Made by a program: the position numbers and the translations under genes. Source: Thermodesulfobacteriota bacterium (GTDB lineage Bacteria > Desulfobacterota_D > UBA1144 > Nemesobacterales > Nemesobacteraceae). From it: a stretch of 64,000 nucleotides of DNA. Under the pieces are notes generated by a model. It ran no database searches and was not told where the DNA came from. It worked only from the letters and a program-made list of their open reading frames with translations. Shown piece after piece: positions 57,644 to 64,000 of the stretch (position 1 is its first letter; each line of letters begins with the position of its first letter). The stretch covers positions 1,040,792 to 1,104,791 of the forward strand of contig OZ245933.1 in NCBI GenBank assembly GCA_965229995.1. The letters run 5' to 3'.

Positions 57644-59902
57644 ATGGTGGCTTCAGAAGAACTCGAAAAAACTCTTTACCGTGCGTACCAGCAGGCAAAA
57701 AACCGCAAACACGAGTTTATCACCCCGGAACACATACTCCTTGAACTCACAAGAGATAAAGTTGCGGCGGAAGTACTCATAGAATGCGACGTTGACATTG
57801 AACTTCTTGCAAACGACATAGAGGAACATCTCAGTAAAAACATATCCTCCGTCGATTCTCCCCATCTTCCCGAACCAACCTACTCAGAAGGGAGCAAGTA
57901 CATCTTCAGGGTAGCGTCCATGCACGCCGAAAGCGCGGAAAAAGAAGAAATAACCGGAGCCAGCATACTGGTTGCCATGTTCAGGGTTCCCGAATCGCAC
58001 GCCGTGTATTTTCTGAATCGCCAGGGACTCAGCCGTCTCACCGTTATAAAACAGATATCCCACGGAAACAGCGAGAAAACTGATGAACAACAGGAAAAGA
58101 CCTCAATAACTAAGGAGCAGCAGCCAAAGGAAGCGAAAAAAACAGAGACTAAGAATCCCCTTGAGCTTTACTGCACGGATCTGATCGAGAAAGCCCGCAA
58201 CGGAAACATTGACCCGCTCATAGGAAGAGAAAAAGAGGTTCAGAGGATAATCCACATTCTCGGCAAGAGAAAGAAAAATAATCCCGTGCTCGTTGGAGAC
58301 GCCGGAGTTGGAAAGACGGCGATTGTGGAGGGAGTGGCTCTTCGGGTCGTTTCCAGAGAAGTTCCCGAAGTTATGAAAGATCTCAAGATACACCTTCTCA
58401 ACATAGGAACTCTTACGGCCGGAACAAAATACAGGGGGGACTTTGAGGAAAGACTGAACACCGTTATAGACGAAACCAAAAAGGATCCGAACAACGTGCT
58501 TTTCATAGACGAAATCCACACGGTTATAGGCGCCGGAGCAGTTTCCGGCGGAAGCCTTGACGCGTCAAACATGCTCAAGCCCGCTCTTGCCGGAGGAGAC
58601 ATAAAATGCATAGGAACGACCACGCTTAAGGAATACAGGATTATCTTCGAGAAAGATCACGCGCTTTCAAGAAGATTCCAGAGAATAAGCGTGGATGAGC
58701 CGTCGGTTGAGGACTGCAGGAAGATTCTTTTCGGACTGAAGCGGCATTACGAAGAGTACCACAACGTGAAATACTCCCAGAGAGCGATAAGAGCGTGCAT
58801 AGAGCTCTCCGACAGGTACATAATGGACAGAAAGCTTCCGGACAAGGCAATTGATATCATGGACGAGGCCGGAGCTGCGGTGAAACTTCGAAATCCTGAT
58901 CCCGAAATTACAAGACAGGTAAAAGTGTCCGACATGGAAAAACTGATAGCGAAGGTCGCGAAAATACCCACGAAGTCGGTAAAAGTCGAAGACCGCAACC
59001 TTCTCCATGACCTCGGGGACAATCTAAAAAAATTCATCTACGCCCAGGATCAAGCCATAGACAAGCTCGTAAATGCCATACAGATGTCGCGCGCCGGAAT
59101 AAGCGAACCGGAAAAACCCGTGGGTTCTTTCATGTTCTCAGGCCCGACAGGAGTCGGTAAAACGGAACTTGCGAAAAAACTCGCGGAGATCCTAGGAGTT
59201 GAATTCATACGTTTCGACATGAGTGAGTACATGGAAAAACACACTGTCTCCCGTCTCATAGGCTCACCGCCGGGATACGTGGGCTACGATCAGGGGGGAC
59301 AGCTTACCGAGGCCATATACAAATCTCCCCACTGCGTCCTTCTGCTAGATGAAATCGAAAAGGCGCACGAAGACATATACAATATCCTGCTTCAGGTAAT
59401 GGACCACGCGACGCTTACGGATTCAAACGGAAGAAAGGTGGATTTTCGTCAGGTAATTGTGATTATGACAACAAACACCGGCTCAAGGGAAAGCATGAAC
59501 AGAAATGTCGGGTTCGCTAAAAAAGAGTTTGAGGACAAAAGCGGAGAAGCCATAGACAGGTATTTCTCCCCGGAATTTAGAAACAGACTGAATGAAATCA
59601 TCAGGTTTAACCCTCTTGATATAAAAATAGTAGAGAGAATAGTGGACAAGATGATCGGAGAGCTTCAGCAAAGGCTCGTCCCGAAAAAAGTAACAATCAG
59701 TCTTACGCCTGAAGCGAGACTTTTTCTCGCCCGAAAGGGCTACGATCCCCAGTTGGGCGCAAGACCCGTTCAAAGAGTAATAAACTCCGAAATAGCGGAA
59801 AAGCTTTCAAAGGAGATTCTCTTCGGAGAACTCTCCGGCGGTGGCAAGGCTATTTTCTCCCTTAAAGGGAAAGAGATAGTTCTTCGGGCCAAAACAGACT
59901 GA
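57644..59902 (+). CDS. clpA: ATP-dependent Clp protease ATP-binding subunit ClpA
   Basis: Starts MVASEELEKTLYRAYQQAKNRKHEFITPEHILLEL (Clp N domain). Two AAA+ modules (GDAGVGKT, GPTGVGKT) and no middle coiled-coil domain, which fits ClpA rather than ClpB/ClpC. Confidence 0.85.
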   Translation: MVASEELEKTLYRAYQQAKNRKHEFITPEHILLELTRDKVAAEVLIECDVDIELLANDIEEHLSKNISSVDSPHLPEPTYSEGSKYIFRVASMHAESAEKEEITGASILVAMFRVPESHAVYFLNRQGLSRLTVIKQISHGNSEKTDEQQEKTSITKEQQPKEAKKTETKNPLELYCTDLIEKARNGNIDPLIGREKEVQRIIHILGKRKKNNPVLVGDAGVGKTAIVEGVALRVVSREVPEVMKDLKIHLLNIGTLTAGTKYRGDFEERLNTVIDETKKDPNNVLFIDEIHTVIGAGAVSGGSLDASNMLKPALAGGDIKCIGTTTLKEYRIIFEKDHALSRRFQRISVDEPSVEDCRKILFGLKRHYEEYHNVKYSQRAIRACIELSDRYIMDRKLPDKAIDIMDEAGAAVKLRNPDPEITRQVKVSDMEKLIAKVAKIPTKSVKVEDRNLLHDLGDNLKKFIYAQDQAIDKLVNAIQMSRAGISEPEKPVGSFMFSGPTGVGKTELAKKLAEILGVEFIRFDMSEYMEKHTVSRLIGSPPGYVGYDQGGQLTEAIYKSPHCVLLLDEIEKAHEDIYNILLQVMDHATLTDSNGRKVDFRQVIVIMTTNTGSRESMNRNVGFAKKEFEDKSGEAIDRYFSPEFRNRLNEIIRFNPLDIKIVERIVDKMIGELQQRLVPKKVTISLTPEARLFLARKGYDPQLGARPVQRVINSEIAEKLSKEILFGELSGGGKAIFSLKGKEIVLRAKTD

Positions 59903-59948
59903 ATTTCTCTCGGAGCATAAACCGCGATGGCGCGTAGCTAAGGAACCC

Positions 59949-60971
59949 ATGATCTCCATACGTGAAACTGCTAACAAAATGGTTCAGTACGTTCTTCCCG
60001 AACACTCGAACAACCACGGGACCCTGCACGGCGGAATACTCATGGACTGGATTATGCTTACGGGCAGCATCACGTCTTTTAAGTTCGCAAACGGGCCTGC
60101 GGTTCTGGGAGCCACGGACAGCATAGATTTTCTGAACCCTGTAAAAATCGGAGAGATAGTGATTCTCGAAAGCTGGGTTGAGCATGTCGGAAACTCATCC
60201 ATTGAAGTCGCGGTACGAGTACACTCAGAAGACGGCGAAACTGAAGAAAAGAAGCTTATAACCCTCTCCTACATGGCCTTTGTCGCCGTAGACAAAAACG
60301 TAAAACCGAGAAAAATGAAAGCAAAGCTCAACGCATCCAGCACGGTTGAACGAGAACTCATAGCCTGGGCGGAGGAAAGGAAAGTACAAAGACTTCCAGA
60401 AATAAGAAAAAGGAAAAAGAATGTCTTCAACGTAGCGGATGAGACGGAAAACACGAGGCTTATTTTCACGACCACCAAGATGGTACTCCCAGAAGACGCC
60501 TTCTACGGAAATTTCATGTCCGTTGGAAAGCTCTTGAAGTATATTGACGAGAGTGCGGCTATTCTGGCGAAAAGGTTTGCCAAGGGGGTTTTGGTTACGG
60601 GATCACTTGACGATCTTTTTTTCTATTCCCCGCTCAATGTCGGAAATCTGATTGAATTCAAGGCGGGTATCACCTATGTGGGAACCAAGTCGCTTGAGCT
60701 TGCGATTAAGGTCGATTCGTATGATACCGAGACCGGAGAATCATCCCACGCGTGTACGGCGTTTCTCACTTACGTGAAAGTCGACAAAGCCGGAAACCCC
60801 GTCTCGGTTCCCGAATTCACCCCTGAAACTCCCTGCGAAATTCGTCTATGGAAAGAAGCGGAGAGAAGAAAGGAAAGAAGAAAAGCGAGGGTGGAAAAAA
60901 TCAGGCGCTTCGCCGATGATTACCTGAACGAATACAAAAAAGTCAGTTCCAGACCAGAGAACAACATCTAA
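59949..60971 (+). CDS. acyl-CoA thioesterase with tandem hotdog domains
   Basis: 340 aa. Two repeats of the 4HBT/hotdog pattern (N..G.LHGG.LM...D ... and a second copy from residue 170), followed by a basic C-terminal tail. Confidence 0.55.
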   Translation: MISIRETANKMVQYVLPEHSNNHGTLHGGILMDWIMLTGSITSFKFANGPAVLGATDSIDFLNPVKIGEIVILESWVEHVGNSSIEVAVRVHSEDGETEEKKLITLSYMAFVAVDKNVKPRKMKAKLNASSTVERELIAWAEERKVQRLPEIRKRKKNVFNVADETENTRLIFTTTKMVLPEDAFYGNFMSVGKLLKYIDESAAILAKRFAKGVLVTGSLDDLFFYSPLNVGNLIEFKAGITYVGTKSLELAIKVDSYDTETGESSHACTAFLTYVKVDKAGNPVSVPEFTPETPCEIRLWKEAERRKERRKARVEKIRRFADDYLNEYKKVSSRPENNI

Positions 60972-61043
60972 TTACTCTCTCCGGCGGACTCAGAATCTGT
61001 CTTTTTCACATCCTCGGAGCAAGCATGCGGGCACAGCAGCAAA

Positions 61044-61859
61044 ATGAAGGAAGAAAGAAAAAACCAGGCAATAGGGATTTTTGATTCGGGCATAGGAGGA
61101 CTTACAGTCTCAAAGGAGATAATGAATCTTCTTTGTGAAGAAAACATCGTATATCTCGGTGACACCGCCAGAGTTCCTTATGGAACGAAATCCGGGAGAA
61201 CGATAAGAAAATACGTTGAAAGTACCACGAATTTTCTTCTGTCAAAAAACATAAAGCTTCTGGTCGTAGCGTGTAACACCGCATCCGCGTACGCAATAGA
61301 AATGCTGAAAGAAAACCTGGAGATCCCTGTTGTCGGAGTCGTGGAACCTGGAGCGAAAAGAGCATCGGAACTCACCGTCAGCGGAAAAATAGGGGTTATA
61401 GGAACCCAGGCGACTATAAAAAGCGGCTCCTATGAGAAAAAACTGCGGGAGATCTGCTCTTTTCCGATTGAGATATACTCAAAACCCTGTCCGCTTTTCG
61501 TTCCGCTTGCAGAAGAAGGGTGGGAAAATGACGAGACCGCAGCCCTGATAGCCGAAAAATATCTTGGAGATCTGAGGCAATCCGAAATAGACGTACTGAT
61601 ACTCGGCTGCACACACTATCCCATTCTTAAAAACACGATTGCCGGGGTTATGGGAGAAGGGATAAGACTTGTTGACTCAGCGGAAGAGACCGCAAAGCAG
61701 ACCGAAAACATACTCAGGATCCAAGGGCTGCTGAGAGAAGACGGCAAAGCGCGGGAAATGTCGTTTTACCTTACGGATGATTCGGAAACCTTTACATCAA
61801 TCGCGTCCAGGTTCCTCGGCAGACCGATGGAAAGAGCTGAAGTCGTCGATATAGTGTAA
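61044..61859 (+). CDS. murI: glutamate racemase
   Basis: 271 aa. IGIFDSGIGGLTV and VVACNTASA (Asp/Glu racemase signatures). Confidence 0.9.
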   Translation: MKEERKNQAIGIFDSGIGGLTVSKEIMNLLCEENIVYLGDTARVPYGTKSGRTIRKYVESTTNFLLSKNIKLLVVACNTASAYAIEMLKENLEIPVVGVVEPGAKRASELTVSGKIGVIGTQATIKSGSYEKKLREICSFPIEIYSKPCPLFVPLAEEGWENDETAALIAEKYLGDLRQSEIDVLILGCTHYPILKNTIAGVMGEGIRLVDSAEETAKQTENILRIQGLLREDGKAREMSFYLTDDSETFTSIASRFLGRPMERAEVVDIV

Positions 61860-61868
61860 CGAGTACGA

Positions 61869-62852
61869 CTACTCAGCTAAGGCTTTTTTGAGTTCCTCTG
61901 TAAGCGGGGGAAGAACCTGGAAGAGATCCCCGCAGATTCCATAATCCGACTTCGCGAAAATCGGGGCTTCCGAATCCTTGTTTATGGAAACTATTACTTT
62001 TGACGAACCCATGCCGGAGAAATGCTGTACCGATCCGGATATGGCAACCGCGACGTAAAGCACGGGAGAAACCGCTTTTCCGGTCTGGCCGACCTGCATA
62101 TCGTAAGGACAGTATCCTGCGTCGACCGCGGCTCTTGTCGCCCCTGCGGCCGCACCCAGCAGGTCCGCAAGATCGTATATGTAATTGAAATTCTCTTCGC
62201 TCCCAAGACCCCTGCCGCCGGAAACCACCCTCTCTGCTTCGGTAAGCTCCGGGCGATCAGATTCCTTGGTTTTCATCTCAAGCACTTTGATCCTTATGTC
62301 GGCATCCGTAACTCCCGTATCTTCGTTCACAACCTGCCCCGCGCCGGCGGATTCCTCTTCCTTAAAGGAATTGGGCCTTACGGTGGCAATCATCGCGCTT
62401 CCGTCACCACTGAACTCCTGGGTGGATATCGCCCTGCTTGAATGGGAATACCTCTTTATACTCAGTCTTCCGTCATCGGTCATACCTATATCAACGCAGT
62501 CCATGGCAAGACCCGAACCCACGCCCGAAGCAACCCTGGGTATGTAGTCCTCCGCAAAAGCCGTATTGCCGGAGAGCACAACCGCAGGAGAGTGTTTCTT
62601 TATCAATTCGCAAAGGGACTTTACGTAACCATCGGGATTAAAATCCTTGAGGTTGGGATTGTCAACTACGTAGATTTTCTCCGCTCCGTAGCTTGCGAGC
62701 TCAGAAGCCTTGTCCGATACGCCATTTCCGAGCAACACCGCGCAGACCGGACCTCCAAGTTTTCTTCTGGCCTCGGAAAGGACTTCAAACGTTACCTTTC
62801 TTATCTCTCCGTCAGCCTTAACATCAGCAACAACCCAGATTTCACTACTCAT
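61869..62852 (-). CDS. etfA: electron transfer flavoprotein subunit alpha
   Basis: 327 aa. C-terminal FAD-binding region VVSGGRG...AAAGATRAAVDAGY...QVGQTGK...PVLYVAVAISGSVQH. Confidence 0.85.
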   Translation of the reverse strand: MSSEIWVVADVKADGEIRKVTFEVLSEARRKLGGPVCAVLLGNGVSDKASELASYGAEKIYVVDNPNLKDFNPDGYVKSLCELIKKHSPAVVLSGNTAFAEDYIPRVASGVGSGLAMDCVDIGMTDDGRLSIKRYSHSSRAISTQEFSGDGSAMIATVRPNSFKEEESAGAGQVVNEDTGVTDADIRIKVLEMKTKESDRPELTEAERVVSGGRGLGSEENFNYIYDLADLLGAAAGATRAAVDAGYCPYDMQVGQTGKAVSPVLYVAVAISGSVQHFSGMGSSKVIVSINKDSEAPIFAKSDYGICGDLFQVLPPLTEELKKALAE

Positions 62853-62904
62853 TTAATTCAAGCCTCCTAGCGATACTTTCTGATAAAACGCCGGATATCC
62901 CGGA

Positions 62905-63747
62905 TCATATGACTTTCGCGTCATCCCTTAGAAGCTTAACAAGCTCTTTTGCGGACTCGGCAATCTCATCTCCCTTGACTGTGGTCTCGTCACTTCCCTT
63001 TATGATTCTCAGTTTTCTTTCCACTTCGGGAACCTCAAGACTGACCGTTTTTATCTTTGCCCCGGATTTGCCCACGGCATCCTTGGTGATGCCGAGAGAA
63101 CCAAAATCCACGTCATCAAGTGAAACTTTCTTCATCGGTTTTCTTTTCGCTCTCATTATATTTGGAACGGACGCGTAGCGGGGCTCGTTCATGGCGTCGG
63201 GACATGTAATAAGCGCCGGCAGAGAAACCTCGACGGAAACACTTCCACCGTCAATCTCTTTCTGGCATACAAGCTTCTTCTCATCAGGCTTTACGTCAAT
63301 CACCTTGCTTACAAGTGCGAGATGAGGAATTCCCAGTTCTTCAGCTATCTGTATGCCCATCTGTACGGATTCTTCGTCAATAATCTTCATCCCGGTGAAA
63401 ACCAAGTCCAGACCTTCAATTTTTGCAAGCTCCGACGCAACTAGCTTCGAGATAACAAGGGAATCAACGGTCTCTCCAATAGCTTCGTCTGAAATGTGCA
63501 CTGCCGAATCGGCACCCATGGCAAGCCCCTGAAGCAATACCTGGGAAGCGCGGGACGGACCCGCGGTGATTAGAATAACTTCACCTCCGTATGCTTCCTT
63601 GGTCTTGATAGCCTCCTCAACGGCGAACTCATCGTAGGGATTCATGATCCACTTCATGCCTTCTGCATCTATGGAATCACCTGAGGAACTGACCTTTATT
63701 CTTGCTTCAGTGTCCTGCGTCTGTGTTATAAAAACCACTATCTTCAC
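62905..63747 (-). CDS. etfB: electron transfer flavoprotein subunit beta
   Basis: 280 aa. MKIVVFI...D.E..I...D......NPYDE.A.E.A (ETF beta N-terminus). Sits upstream of etfA on the same strand. Confidence 0.85.
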   Translation of the reverse strand: MKIVVFITQTQDTEARIKVSSSGDSIDAEGMKWIMNPYDEFAVEEAIKTKEAYGGEVILITAGPSRASQVLLQGLAMGADSAVHISDEAIGETVDSLVISKLVASELAKIEGLDLVFTGMKIIDEESVQMGIQIAEELGIPHLALVSKVIDVKPDEKKLVCQKEIDGGSVSVEVSLPALITCPDAMNEPRYASVPNIMRAKRKPMKKVSLDDVDFGSLGITKDAVGKSGAKIKTVSLEVPEVERKLRIIKGSDETTVKGDEIAESAKELVKLLRDDAKVI

Positions 63748-64000
63748 CTGATACTACCTCCATGCTGGACTGATTTAATAGAGATGCAAATCTTATAAGG
63801 AAAAAGCAGCCAAAAAGCTTACTCCTTGTTAAGCGTATCATTATAAATATTAGGTATTCTCTGTCAAGGACAAGAGATTCTCACAACCTTGAGCGGAATC
63901 CGGATGTGCAGAACGTGGAAACGTTATCGAAAATCTGCCTGCCGTTATCAAGTGATTCGGTTCCTTGCTACCTTGGAATTACTCTATTTGAGAAAATCTT

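Overview
This 64 kb window is a bacterial chromosomal segment of about 50% GC, mostly housekeeping genes, with a few accessory-looking islets. I could not place it taxonomically from the sequence alone, but a complete 16S gene is present for that purpose.

Housekeeping content, in order:
- nuoH, followed directly by a stand-alone HNH-nuclease gene.
- gyrB, dcd and pheS.
- The tgt-yajC-secD-secF cluster.
- dapB, yicC and sucD.
- A 16S-tRNA(Ile)-tRNA(Ala)-23S rRNA operon on the minus strand, with no 5S found.
- cysS, nnr-tsaE-lysC-cimA and trhO.
- A cspA-like gene, a moeZ-like gene, and tRNA-Leu and tRNA-Ser.
- ffs(SRP RNA)-dnaX-ybaB-recR.
- cstA, an ABC-F ATPase, clpS-clpA, murI and etfBA.

Non-core items worth a second look:
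- A free-standing GIY-YIG/zinc-finger nuclease gene between yicC and an orphan sucD. The sucD reading frame has no canonical start codon.
- A single ORF fusing a hydantoinase-B/oxoprolinase domain to an M19 dipeptidase domain.
- An IS5-like transposase remnant next to a large AT-rich lipoprotein gene.
- A three-gene islet between cysS and nnr: an ICMT-like methyltransferase, a radical SAM/SPASM enzyme, and a divergently transcribed Cys-rich small protein.
- An overlapping trhO / DEDDy exonuclease / membrane-protein operon.
- A locus downstream of tRNA-Ser carrying two paralogous cupins, an outer-membrane porin, two tandem BCCT transporters, and a hipBA toxin-antitoxin pair. The hipBA promoter holds three TCCC-N4-GGGA palindromes spaced exactly 50 bp apart.
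- An orphan Phd/YefM-like antitoxin.

No CRISPR array and no intact mobile element were seen. All functional calls rest on motif recognition in the supplied translations and have not been checked against any database.
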